From NCBI RefSeq assembly GCF_009914755.1, contig NC_060948.1: DNA of 64,000 bases, one strand, 5' to 3'. The stretch is from the human T2T-CHM13v2.0 reference genome, Homo sapiens. The notes under the pieces were generated by a model. The model did no database searches. It saw only the letters and a list, made by a program, of their open reading frames with translations, and had not been told where the DNA came from. Of the stretch, positions 1 to 19,333 are shown in pieces. Position numbers and translations under genes: made by a program. Each line of letters starts with the position of its first letter. Position 1 is the stretch's first letter.

Positions 1-555
1 AAAAAATTTCAAAGGTACTCTGCTTGGTACAATAATCAAATGTATAAACTGAGGAATAAAACATAACCATGAAACCTACTTATAACTGCATATGGAAAAT
101 ACAGAGGATAATTTTTTAAATAACATATTTTGAAAGCCTTAACTAGTAATTTGAAGAGTTGGCATTTGAAAGGCCAGTATGAATATACCTTCAAAGCAGC
201 AACACAGGTTCCCCGTGAGAAAAAGCAAACTCAGGGGAAATAAAACCACAAAGGTTCAATCTCTTCTGACCTTTGAAAGACACAGCACAGACAGTGGTCC
301 TTAGGACGAAGAGCAGGAGACCCCTAATTCCGTCACCATGGCGATAGGGCATAAACATTGCTGGGTGAGGGCACAATCCACATTGTGAGGTCCAACTGCT
401 GCCAGGAAGACAGGAGTGCTTTTACATAGACCGAAAGGTCATTGAAGGCTCAGAGTTTTGTTTCAAGAACTGAATCCCAAGCCCACACGTTATTAGGCTG
501 CGCTTCTTAAAACAAGTTATGAGATGGGAAAAAGGGCACCCACAAACATACGTAT
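1..555. repeat. HSATI-like segment of unit 1 (left end slightly truncated by the window); recurs in all 27 units
   Basis: Non-simple, moderately GC-rich, CpG-containing segment between the Alu 5' end and the AT-rich domain; the most conserved part of the unit. Right boundary approximate. Confidence 0.8.
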
Positions 556-2106
556 ACATTATGTATATAATAATATACAGTATCATATATATAATATATA
601 TAACCTATGTATAATATTGTTTTACATCCTGCATCTTATGTTATATATATTGTATAAAATATAATAATTGATAATATATAAGTTTTATAATTATACAGTA
701 AGACATATAGTATATATTATAATTTATGACATATGTAATATATGTTATATGTCATATATAGAATATATTATACGGTTAATATACGTATTAAATATAAATT
801 ATACATTATATATATTATATATAATATATCTGTTATATATAATACCCATTATGCATAATATATATATTATGTCTATGTTATATATAGTATAAAACAACAT
901 ATAATAATATATAATTGTATATATAAAATGCGACATATAATATATATTATATTTTATAACATATGAAATATATATTATATATTATATATAATACGTTGTA
1001 TGTATAATACCAATATTAAATATATATTATATGACTATGTTATTAATTACATGTCACATGTGTTATATATTATATATTTTACATAGAATATACCGGTTAC
1101 ATACAATATATACTATGTTACCTATAATGTATAATTTATTACATGTAAAATAAAGAATGGAATATATTATGTATAATTTATAATATACCATATGTGGAAT
1201 GTGATATATATAACATATAATATATGATATATGATATACAGTATATGATATATAACATACAATATATGATTCCTAATATATATGGTATACAATATATATT
1301 TTATGATATGTATTCTATATGTTTTATATTCTGTTATATATAACTATTTGAAATTATATATAACTGTATAATATTTTATGTAAATATGTAATATAATATA
1401 TATAACTATATAATATATTATATATAACTATATATTATGTTATATATACTTTTATAACATAATTTACATAAAATATCATAATATAATATATATTATATTA
1501 TTTCATATTACATAATATATATTACATATCACCCAATATACCTAACATACATAATATTATTATATAGATTATATTGTGTTATATTAAATATCATATATAT
1601 CATGTATCATATATTCTATAATATATATTACACATTATATAATATGTATGTAGTCTATTATGTGATATATATAACTATATATATAATTATATTTTTATAC
1701 ATATAACTAGATAAACATGTAATTCTACATATTTTCATTTATAATATGTAGAATTATATAATCATATATAATTATTTATATTCTATAAAAAATTTTATCA
1801 TTCTATAAATTATAATATATAAAAATTATAATATGTACTACAAATGTATATATTATATATCATATATGATATAGTACCTTTGTTATATATCATAATACAT
1901 ATAAATGTGTATTATGTTATCTATAATTATATAATTTCATATATAAGATGTATAATATGTATCATATATTATATATGTTATGTAATATATATAGTATATA
2001 TAAGATGACACAGGATAAATATTATATACTATGACATATAAAATATATGAGGTTATATGTTACATATAAGGCATAGCACATAACATGTAATATATATCAT
2101 ATATAA
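556..2106. repeat. AT-rich low-complexity domain (degenerate TA/TATAA microsatellite-derived) of unit 1; recurs in every unit
   Basis: About 1.55 kb composed overwhelmingly of A/T in short interrupted (TA)n runs, yet colinear between units. Confidence 0.9.
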
Positions 2107-2398
2107 TTTTTTTTTAGACAGAATCTTGTCCTGTTGCACAGGGTGGGGTACAATGGCGCCATCTTTGCTCACTGCAACTTCTGCCTCACGGGACCAAGCG
2201 ATTGTCCTCCCTCAGCCTCCCAGGTAGCTGGGACTACACCACACTGGGACTACACCAGCTGCCACCATGCCTAGCTAATTTTTTGGATTTTTAGTAGTGA
2301 CAGCGTTTCACTGTATTGGCCAGGATGGTCTTGATCTCTTCACCTTGTGATCCCCTTGCCTTGGCCTCCAAATTTGCTGGGATTACAGGCCTGAGCCA
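2107..2398 (-). mobile_element. Diverged Alu (AluSc/AluY-lineage), copy 1
   Basis: T9-agacagaatct...ctcagcctcc...gctaattttttggatttttagtag...gctgggattacaggcctgagcca is the reverse complement of a dimeric Alu lacking ~12 nt of its 5' end. Confidence 0.95.
2228..2257 (+). repeat. Direct repeat ctgggactacacca-ca-ctgggactacacca (16-bp period) inside the Alu right arm; present in all copies
   Basis: Read directly at 2228-2241 and 2244-2257; not part of Alu consensus sequences as I recall them. Confidence 0.9.
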
Positions 2399-4816
<2,418 letters not shown>

Positions 4817-6921
4817 AGATCCATATTTTTTAAATGAAAAAAAATTTCAAAGGTACTCTGCTTGGTACAATAATCAAATGTATAAACTGAGGAATAAAAC
4901 ATAACCATGAAACCTACTTATAACTGCATATGGAAAATACAGAGGATAATTTTTTAAATAACATATTTTGAAAGCCTTAACTAGTAATTTGAAGAGTTGG
5001 CATTTGAAAGGCCAGTATGAATATACCTTCAAAGCAGCAACACAGGTTCCCCATGAGAAAAAGCAAACTCAGGGGAAATAAAACCACAAAGGTTCAAGCT
5101 CTTCTGACCTTTGAAAGACACAGCACAGACAGTGGTCCTTAGGACGAAGAGCAGGAGACCCCTAATTCCGTCACCATGGCGATAGGGCATAAACATTGCT
5201 GGGTGAGGGCACAATCCACATTGTGAGGTCCAACTGCTGCCAGGAAGACAGGAGTGCTTTTACATAGACCGAAAGGTCATTGAAGGCTCAGAGTTTTGTT
5301 TCAAGAACTGAATCCCAAGCCCACACGTTATTAGGCTGCGCTTCTTAAAACAAGTTATGAGATGGGAAAAAGGGCACCCACAAACATACGTATACATTAT
5401 GTATATAATAATATACAGTATCATATATATAATATATATAACCTATGTATAATATTGTTTTACATCCTGCATCTTATGTTATATATATTGTATAAAATAT
5501 AATAATTGATAATATATAAGTTTTATAATTATACAGTAAGACATATAGTATATATTATAATTTATGACATATGTAATATATGTTATATGTCATATATAGA
5601 ATATATTATACGGTTAATATACGTATTAAATATAAATTATACATTATATATATTATATATAATATATCTGTTATATATAATACCCATTATGCATAATATA
5701 TATATTATGTCTATGTTATATATAGTATAAAACAACATATAATAATATATAATTGTATATATAAAATGCGACATATAATATATATTATATTTTATAACAT
5801 ATGAAATATATATTATATATTATATATAATACGTTGTATGTATAATACCAATATTAAATATATATTATATGACTATGTTATTAATTACATGTCACATGTG
5901 TTATATATTATATATTTTACATAGAATATACCGGTTACATACAATATATACTATGTTACCTATAATGTATAATTTATTACATGTAAAATAAAGAATGGAA
6001 TATATTATGTATAATTTATAATATACCATATGTGGAATGTGATATATATAACATATAATATATGATATATGATATACAGTATATGATATATAACATACAA
6101 TATATGATTCCTAATATATATGGTATACAATATATATTTTATGATATGTATTCTATATGTTTTATATTCTGTTATATATAACTATTTGAAATTATATATA
6201 ACTGTATAATATTTTATGTAAATATGTAATATAATATATGTAACTATATAATATATTATATATAACTATATATTATGTTATATATACTTTTATAACATAA
6301 TTTACATAAAATATCATAATATAATATATATTATATTATTTCATATTACATAATATATATTACATATCACCCAATATACCTAACATACATAATATTATTA
6401 TATAGATTATATTGTGTTATATTAAATATCATATATATCATGTATCATATATTCTATAATATATATTACACATTATATAATATGTATGTAGTCTATTATG
6501 TGATATATATAACTATATATATAATTATATTTTTATACATATAACTAGATAAACATGTAATTCTACATATTTTCATTTATAATATGTAGAATTATATAAT
6601 CATATATAATTATTTATATTCTATAAAAAATTTTATCATTCTATAAATTATAATATATAAAAATTATAATATGTACTACAAATATATATATTATATATCA
6701 TATATGATATAGTACCTTTGTTATATATCATAATACATATAAATGTGTATTATGTTATCTATAATTATATAATTTCATATATAAGATGTATAATATGTAT
6801 CATATATTATATATGTTATGTAATATATATAGTATATATAAGATGACACAGGATAAATATTATATACTATGACATATAAAATATATGAGGTTATATGTTA
6901 CATATAAGGCATAGCACATAA

Positions 6922-7236
<315 letters not shown>

Positions 7237-9341
7237 AGATCCATATTTTTTAAATGAAAAAAAATTTCAAAGGTACTCTGCTTGGTACAATAATCAAATG
7301 TATAAACTGAGGAATAAAACATAACCATGAAACCTACTTATAACTGCATATGGAAAATACAGAGGATAATTTTTTAAATAACATATTTTGAAAGCCTTAA
7401 CTAGTAATTTGAAGAGTTGGCATTTGTAAGGCCAGTATGAATATACCTTCAAAGCAGCAACACAGGTTCCCCGTGAGAAAAAGCAAACTCAGGGGAAATA
7501 AAACCACAAAGGTTCAATCTCTTCTGACCTTTGAAAGACACAGCACAGACAGTGGTCCTTAGGACGAAGAGCAGGAGACCCCTAATTCCGTCACCATGGC
7601 GATAGGGCATAAACATTGCTGGGTGAGGGCACAATCCACATTGTGAGGTCCAACTGCTGCCAGGAAGACAGGAGTGCTTTTACATAGACCGAAAGGTCAT
7701 TGAAGGCTCAGAGTTTTGTTTCAAGAACTGAATCCCAAGCCCACACGTTATTAGGCTGCGCTTCTTAAAACAAGTTATGAGATGGGAAAAAGGGCACCCA
7801 CAAACATACGTATACATTATGTATATAATAATATACAGTATCATATATATAATATATATAACCTATGTATAATATTGTTTTACATCCTGCATCTTATGTT
7901 ATATATATTGTATAAAATATAATAATTGATAATATATAAGTTTTATAATTATACAGTAAGACATATAGTATATATTATAATTTATGACATATGTAATATA
8001 TGTTATATGTCATATATAGAATATATTATACGGTTAATATACGTATTAAATATAAATTATACATTATATATATTATATATAATATATCTGTTATATATAA
8101 TACCCATTATGCATAATATATATATTATGTCTATGTTATATATAGTATAAAACAACATATAATAATATATAATTGTATATATAAAATGCGACATATAATA
8201 TATATTATATTTTATAACATATGAAATATATATTATATATTATATATAATACGTTGTATGTATAATACCAATATTAAATATATATTATATGACTATGTTA
8301 TTAATTACATGTCACATGTGTTATATATTATATATTTTACATAGAATATACCGGTTACATACAATATATACTATGTTACCTATAATGTATAATTTATTAC
8401 ATGTAAAATAAAGAATGGAATATATTATGTATAATTTATAATATACCATATGTGGAATGTGATATATATAACATATAATATATGATATATGATATACAGT
8501 ATATGATATATAACATACAATATATGATTCCTAATATATATGGTATACAATATATATTTTATGATATGTATTCTATATGTTTTATATTCTGTTATATATA
8601 ACTATTTGAAATTATATATAACTGTATAATATTTTATGTAAATATGTAATATAATATATATAACTATATAATATATTATATATAACTATATATTATGTTA
8701 TATATACTTTTATAACATAATTTACATAAAATATCATAATATAATATATATTATATTATTTCATATTACATAATATATATTACATATCACCCAATATACC
8801 TAACATACATAATATTATTATATAGATTATATTGTGTTATATTAAATATCATATATATCATGTATCATATATTCTATAATATATATTACACATTATATAA
8901 TATGTATGTAGTCTATTATGTGATATATATAACTATATATATAATTATATTTTTATACATATAACTAGATAAACATGTAATTCTACATATTTTCATTTAT
9001 AATATGTAGAATTATATAATCATATATAATTATTTATATTCTATAAAAAATTTTATCATTCTATAAATTATAATATATAAAAATTATAATATGTACTACA
9101 AATATATATATTATATATCTTATATGATATAGTACCTTTGTTATATATCATAATACATATAAATGTGTATTATGTTATCTATAATTATATAATTTCATAT
9201 ATAAGATGTATAATATGTATCATATATTATATATGTTATGTAATATATATAGTATATATAAGATGACACAGGATAAATATTATATACTATGACATATAAA
9301 ATATATGAGGTTATATGTTACATATAAGGCATAGCACATAA

Positions 9342-9656
<315 letters not shown>

Positions 9657-11759
9657 AGATCCATATTTTTTAAATGAAAAAAAATTTCAAAGGTACTCTG
9701 CTTGGTACAATAATCAAATGTATAAACTGAGGAATAAAACATAACCATGAAACCTACTTATAACTGCATATGGAAAATACAGAGGATAATTTTTTAAATA
9801 ACATATTTTGAAAGCCTTAACTAGTAATTTGAAGAGTTGGCATTTGAAAGGCCAGTATGAATATACCTTCAAAGCAGCAACACAGGTTCCCCGTGAGAAA
9901 AAGCAAACTCAGGGGAAATAAAACCACAAAGGTTCAATCTCTTCTGACCTTTGAAAGACACAGCACAGACAGTGGTCCTTAGGACGAAGAGCAGGAGACC
10001 CCTAATTCCGTCACCATGGCGATAGGGCATAAACATTGCTGGGTGAGGGCACAATCCACATTGTGAGGTCCAACTGCTGCCAGGAAGACAGGAGTGCTTT
10101 TACATAGACCGAAAGGTCATTGAAGGCTCAGAGTTTTGTTTCAAGAACTGAATCCCAAGCCCACACGTTATTAGGCTGCGCTTCTTAAAACAAGTTATGA
10201 GATGGGAAAAAGGGCACCCACAAACATACGTATACATTATGTATATAATAATATACAGTATCATATATATAATATATATAACCTATGTATAATATTGTTT
10301 TACATCCTGCATCTTATGTTATATATATTGTATAAAATATAATAATTGATAATATATAAGTTTTATAATTATACAGTAAGACATATAGTATATATTATAA
10401 TTTATGACATATGTAATATATGTTATATGTCATATATAGAATATATTATACGGTTAATATACGTATTAAATATAAATTATACATTATATATATTATATAT
10501 AATATATCTGTTATATATAATACCCATTATGCATAATATATATATTATGTCTATGTTATATATAGTATAAAACAACATATAATAATATATAATTGTATAT
10601 ATAAAATGCGACATATAATATATATTATATTTTATAACATATGAAATATATATTATATATTATATATAATACGTTGTATGTATAATACCAATATTAAATA
10701 TATATTATATGACTATGTTATTAATTACATGTCACATGTGTTATATATCATATATTTTACATAGAATATACCGGTTACATACAATATATACTATGTTACC
10801 TATAATGTATAATTTATTACATGTAAAATAAAGAATGGAATATATTATGTATAATTTATAATATACCATATGTGGAATGTGATATATATAACATATAATA
10901 TATGATATATGATATACAGTATATGATATATAACATACAATATATGATTCCTAATATATATGGTATACAATATATATTTTATGATATGTATTCTATATGT
11001 TTTATATTCTGTTATATATAACTATTTGAAATTATATATAACTGTATAATATTTTATGTAAATATGTAATATAATATATATAACTATATAATATATTATA
11101 TATAACTATATATTATGTTATATATACTTTTATAACATAATTTACATAAAATATCATAATATAATATATATTATATTATTTCATATTACATAATATATAT
11201 TACATATCACCCAATATACCTAACATACATAATATTATTATATAGATTATATTGTGTTATATTAAATATCATATATATCATGTATCATATATTCTATAAT
11301 ATATATTACACATTATATAATATGTATGTAGTCTATTATGTGATATATATAACTATATATAATTATATTTTTATACATATAACTAGATAAACATGTAATT
11401 CTACATATTTTCATTTATAATATGTAGAATTATATAATCATATATAATTATTTATATTCTATAAAAAATTTTATCATTCTATAAATTATAATATATAAAA
11501 ATTATAATATGTACTACAAATATATATATTATATATCATATATGATATAGTACCTTTGTTATATATCATAATACATATAAATGTGTATTATGTTATCTAT
11601 AATTATATAATTTCATATATAAGATGTATAATATGTATCATATATTATATATGTTATGTAATATATATAGTATATATAAGATGACACAGGATAAATATTA
11701 TATACTATGACATATAAAATATATGAGGTTATATGTTACATATAAGGCATAGCACATAA

Positions 11760-12074
<315 letters not shown>

Positions 12075-14179
12075 AGATCCATATTTTTTAAATGAAAAAA
12101 AATTTCAAAGGTACTCTGCTTGGTACAATAATCAAATGTATAAACTGAGGAATAAAACATAACCATGAAACCTACTTATAACTGCATATGGAAAATACAG
12201 AGGATAATTTTTTAAATAACATATTTTGAAAGCCTTAACTAGTAATTTGAAGAGTTGGCATTTGAAAGGCCAGTATGAATATACCTTCAAAGCAGCAACA
12301 CAGGTTCCCCGTGAGAAAAAGCAAACTCAGGGGAAATAAAACCACAAAGGTTCAATCTCTTCTGACCTTTGAAAGACACAGCACAGACAGTGGTCCTTAG
12401 GACGAAGAGCAGGAGACCCCTAATTCCGTCACCATGGCGATAGGGCATAAACATTGCTGGGTGAGGGCACAATCCACATTGTGAGGTCCAACTGCTGCCA
12501 GGAAGACAGGAGTGCTTTTACATAGACCGAAAGGTCATTGAAGGCTCAGAGTTTTGTTTCAAGAACTGAATCCCAAGCCCACACGTTATTAGGCTGCGCT
12601 TCTTAAAACAAGTTATGAGATGGGAAAAAGGGCACCCACAAACATACGTATACATTATGTATATAATAATATACAGTATCATATATATAATATATATAAC
12701 CTATGTATAATATTGTTTTACATCCTGCATCTTATGTTATATATATTGTATAAAATATAATAATTGATAATATATAAGTTTTATAATTATACAGTAAGAC
12801 ATATAGTATATATTATAATTTATGACATATGTAATATATGTTATATGTCATATATAGAATATATTATACGGTTAATATACGTATTAAATATAAATTATAC
12901 ATTATATATATTATATATAATATATCTGTTATATATAATACCCATTATGCATAATATATATATTATGTCTATGTTATATATAGTATAAAACAACATATAA
13001 TAATATATAATTGTATATATAAAATGTGACATATAATATATATTATATTTTATAACATATGAAATATATATTATATATTATATATAATACGTTGTATGTA
13101 TAATACCAATATTAAATATATATTATATGACTATGTTATTAATTACATGTCACATGTGTTATATATTATATATTTTACATAGAATATACCGGTTACATAC
13201 AATATATACTATGTTACCTATAATGTATAATTTATTACATGTAAAATAAAGAATGGAATATATTATGTATAATTTATAATATACCATATGTGGAATGTGA
13301 TATATATAACATATAATATATGATATATGATATACAGTATATGATATATAACATACAATATATGATTCCTAATATATATGGTATACAATATATATTTTAT
13401 GATATGTATTCTATATGTTTTATATTCTGTTATATATAACTATTTGAAATTATATATAACTGTATAATATTTTATGTAAATATGTAATATAATATATATA
13501 ACTATATAATATATTATATATAACTATATATTATGTTATATATACTTTTATAACATAATTTACATAAAATATCATAATATAATATATATTATATTATTTC
13601 ATATTACATAATATATATTACATATCACCCAATATACCTAACATACATAATATTATTATATAGATTATATTGTGTTATATTAAATATCATATATATCATG
13701 TATCATATATTCTATAATATATATTACACATTATATAATATGTATGTAGTCTATTATGTGATATATATAACTATATATATAATTATATTTTTATACATAT
13801 AACTAGATAAACATGTAATTCTACATATTTTCATTTATAATATGTAGAATTATATAATCATATATAATTATTTATATTCTATAAAAAATTTTATCATTCT
13901 ATAAATTATAATATATAAAAATTATAATATGTACTACAAATATATATATTATATATCATATATGATATAGTACCTTTGTTATATATCATAATACATATAA
14001 ATGTGTATTATGTTATCTATAATTATATAATTTCATATATAAGATGTATAATATGTATCATATATTATATATGTTATGTAATATATATAGTATATATAAG
14101 ATGACACAGGATAAATATTATATACTATGACATATAAAATATATGAGGTTATATGTTACATATAAGGCATAGCACATAA

Positions 14180-14494
<315 letters not shown>

Positions 14495-16599
14495 AGATCC
14501 ATATTTTTTAAATGAAAAAAAATTTCAAAGGTACTCTGCTTGGTACAATAATCAAATGTATAAACTGAGGAATAAAACATAACCATGAAACCTACTTATA
14601 ACTGCATATGGAAAATACAGAGGATAATTTTTTAAATAACATATTTTGAAAGCCTTAACTAGTAATTTGAAGAGTTGGCATTTGAAAGGCCAGTATGAAT
14701 ATACCTTCAAAGCAGCAACACAGGTTCCCCGTGAGAAAAAGCAAACTCAGGGGAAATAAAACCACAAAGGTTCAATCTCTTCTGACCTTTGAAAGACACA
14801 GCACAGACAGTGGTCCTTAGGACGAAGAGCAGGAGACCCCTAATTCCGTCACCATGGCGATAGGGCATAAACATTGCTGGGTGAGGGCACAATCCACATT
14901 GTGAGGTCCAACTGCTGCCAGGAAGACAGGAGTGCTTTTACATAGACCGAAAGGTCATTGAAGGCTCAGAGTTTTGTTTCAAGAACTGAATCCCAAGCCC
15001 ACACGTTATTAGGCTGCGCTTCTTAAAACAAGTTATGAGATGGGAAAAAGGGCACCCACAAACATACGTATACATTATGTATATAATAATATACAGTATC
15101 ATATATATAATATATATAACCTATGTATAATATTGTTTTACATCCTGCATCTTATGTTATATATATTGTATAAAATATAATAATTGATAATATATAAGTT
15201 TTATAATTATACAGTAAGACATATAGTATATATTATAATTTATGACATATGTAATATATGTTATATGTCATATATAGAATATATTATACGGTTAATATAC
15301 GTATTAAATATAAATTATACATTATATATATTATATATAATATATCTGTTATATATAATACCCATTATGCATAATATATATATTATGTCTATGTTATATA
15401 TAGTATAAAACAACATATAATAATATATAATTGTATATATAAAATGCGACATATAATATATATTATATTTTATAACATATGAAATATATATTATATATTA
15501 TATATAATACGTTGTATGTATAATACCAATATTAAATATATATTATATGACTATGTTATTAATTACATGTCACATGTGTTATATATTATATATTTTACAT
15601 AGAATATACCGGTTACATACAATATATACTATGTTACCTATAATGTATAATTTATTACATGTAAAATAAAGAATGGAATATATTATGTATAATTTATAAT
15701 ATACCATATGTGGAATGTGATATATATAACATATAATATATGATATATGATATACAGTATATGATATATAACATACAATATATGATTCCTAATATATATG
15801 GTATACAATATATATTTTATGATATGTATTCTATATGTTTTATATTCTGTTATATATAACTATTTGAAATTATATATAACTGTATAATATTTTATGTAAA
15901 TATGTAATATAATATATATAACTATATAATATATTATATATAACTATATATTATGTTATATATACTTTTATAACATAATTTACATAAAATATCATAATAT
16001 AATATATATTATATTATTTCATATTACATAATATATATTACATATCACCCAATATACCTAACATACATAATATTATTATATAGATTATATTGTGTTATAT
16101 TAAATATCATATATATCATGTATCATATATTCTATAATATATATTACACATTATATAATATGTATGTAGTCTATTATGTGATATATATAACTATATATAT
16201 AATTATATTTTTATACATATAACTAGATAAACATGTAATTCTACATATTTTCATTTATAATATGTAGAATTATATAATCATATATAATTATTTATATTCT
16301 ATAAAAAATTTTATCATTCTATAAATTATAATATATAAAAATTATAATATGTACTACAAATATATATATTATATATCATATATGATATAGTACCTTTGTT
16401 ATATATCATAATACATATAAATGTGTATTATGTTATCTATAATTATATAATTTCATATATAAGATGTATAATATGTATCATATATTATATATGTTATGTA
16501 ATATATATAGTATATATAAGATGACACAGGATAAATATTATATACTATGACATATAAAATATATGAGGTTATATGTTACATATAAGGCATAGCACATAA

Positions 16600-16914
<315 letters not shown>

Positions 16915-19018
16915 AGATCCATATTTTTTAAATGAAAAAAAATTTCAAAGGTACTCTGCTTGGTACAATAATCAAATGTATAAACTGAGGAATAAAACAT
17001 AACCATGAAACCTACTTATAACTGCATATGGAAAATACAGAGGATAATTTTTTAAATAACATATTTTGAAAGCCTTAACTAGTAATTTGAAGAGTTGGCA
17101 TTTGAAAGGCCAGTATGAATATACCTTCAAAGCAGCAACACAGGTTCCCCGTGAGAAAAAGCAAACTCAGGGAAAATAAAAACACAAAGGTTCAATCTCT
17201 TCTGACCTTTGAAAGACACAGCACAGACAGTGGTCCTTAGGACGAAGAGCAGGAGACCCCTAATTCCGTCACCATGGCGATAGGGCATAAACATTGCTGG
17301 GTGAGGGCACAATCCACATTGTGAGGTCCAACTGCTGCCAGGAAGACAGGAGTGCTTTTACATAGACCGAAAGGTCATTGAAGGCTCAGAGTTTTGTTTC
17401 AGGAACTGAATCCCAAGCCCACACGTTATTAGGCTGCGCTTCTTAAAACAAGTTATGAGATGGGAAAAAGGGCACCCACAAACATACGTATACATTATGT
17501 ATATAATAATATACAGTATCATATATATAATATATATAACCTATGTATAATATTGTTTTACATCCTGCATCTTATGTTATATATATTGTATAAAGTATAA
17601 TAATTGATAATATATAATTTTATAATTATACAATATGACATATAGTATATATTATAATTTATGACATATATAATATATGTTATATGTCATATATAGAATA
17701 TATTATACGGTTAATATACGTATTAAATATAAATTATACATTATATATATTATATATAATATATCTGTTATATATAATACCCATTATGAATAATATATAT
17801 ATTATGTCTATGTTATATATAGTATAAAACAACATATAATAATATATAATTGTATATATAAAATGCGACATATAATATATATTATATTTTATAACATATG
17901 TAATATATATTATATATTATATATAATAAGTTGTATGTATAATACCTATATTAAATATATATTATATGACTATGTTATTAATTACATGTCACATGTGTTA
18001 TATATTATATATTTTACATAGAATACACCGGTTACATACAATATATACTATGTTACCTATAATGTATAATTTATTACATGTAAAATAAAGAATGGAATAT
18101 ATTATGTATAATTTATAATATACCATATGTGGAATGTGATATATATAACATATAATATATGATATATGATATACAGTATATGATATATAACATACAATAT
18201 ATGATTCCTAATATATATGGTATACAATATATATTTTATGATATGTATTCTATATGTTTTATATTCTGTTATATATAACTATTTGAAATTATATATAACT
18301 GTATAATATTTTATGTAAATATGTAATATAATATATATAACTATATAATATATTATATATAACTATATATTATGTTATATATACTTTTATAACATAATTT
18401 ACATAAAATATCATAATATAATATATACTATATTATTTCATATTACATAATATATATTACATATCACCCAATATAACTAACATACATAATATTATAATAT
18501 AGATTATATTGTGTTATATTAAATATCATATATATCATGTATCATATATTCTATAATATATATTACACATTATATAATATGTATGTTGTCTATTATGTGA
18601 TATATATAATTCTATATATAATTATATTTTTATACATATAACTAGATAAACATGTAATTCTACATATTTTCATTTATAATATGTAGAATTATATAATCAT
18701 ATATAATTATTTATATTCTATAAAAAATTTTATCATTATATAAATTATAATATATAAAAATTATAATATGTACTACAAATAAATATATTATATATCATAT
18801 ATGATATAGTACCTTTGTTATATATCATAATACATATAAATGTGTATTATGTTATCTATAATTATATAATTTCATATATAAGATGTATAATATGTATCAT
18901 ATATTATATATGTTATGTAATATATATAGTATATATAAGATGACACAGGATAAATATTATATACTATGACATATAAAATATATGAGGTTATATGTTACAT
19001 ATAAGGCATAGCACATAA

Positions 19019-19333
<315 letters not shown>

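Noticed and set aside
191-376. 61-aa minus-strand ORF (MCPHPAMF...) open in all 27 units
   Set aside because: It starts at a non-ATG codon (GTG), resembles no protein I recognise, and its variants are mostly non-synonymous. Persistence is expected from the very high unit identity.
725-755. 10-bp inverted repeat tatgacatat...atatgtcata and other small palindromes (PATRR-like cruciform)
   Set aside because: Short inverted repeats are expected by chance in TA-rich DNA and this one is broken in most units. I saw no long perfect palindrome, though an einverted run would be needed to exclude one.
668-892. I/Y/N-rich ORFs in the AT domain (74, 68, 82, 84 aa)
   Set aside because: Translation of (TA)-rich low-complexity DNA; gained and lost by single substitutions between units.
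1154-1202. GGAAT motifs suggesting HSat3/DYZ1
   Set aside because: Only one or two isolated pentamers per unit; no DYZ1 block, junction or orientation switch is visible in the window.
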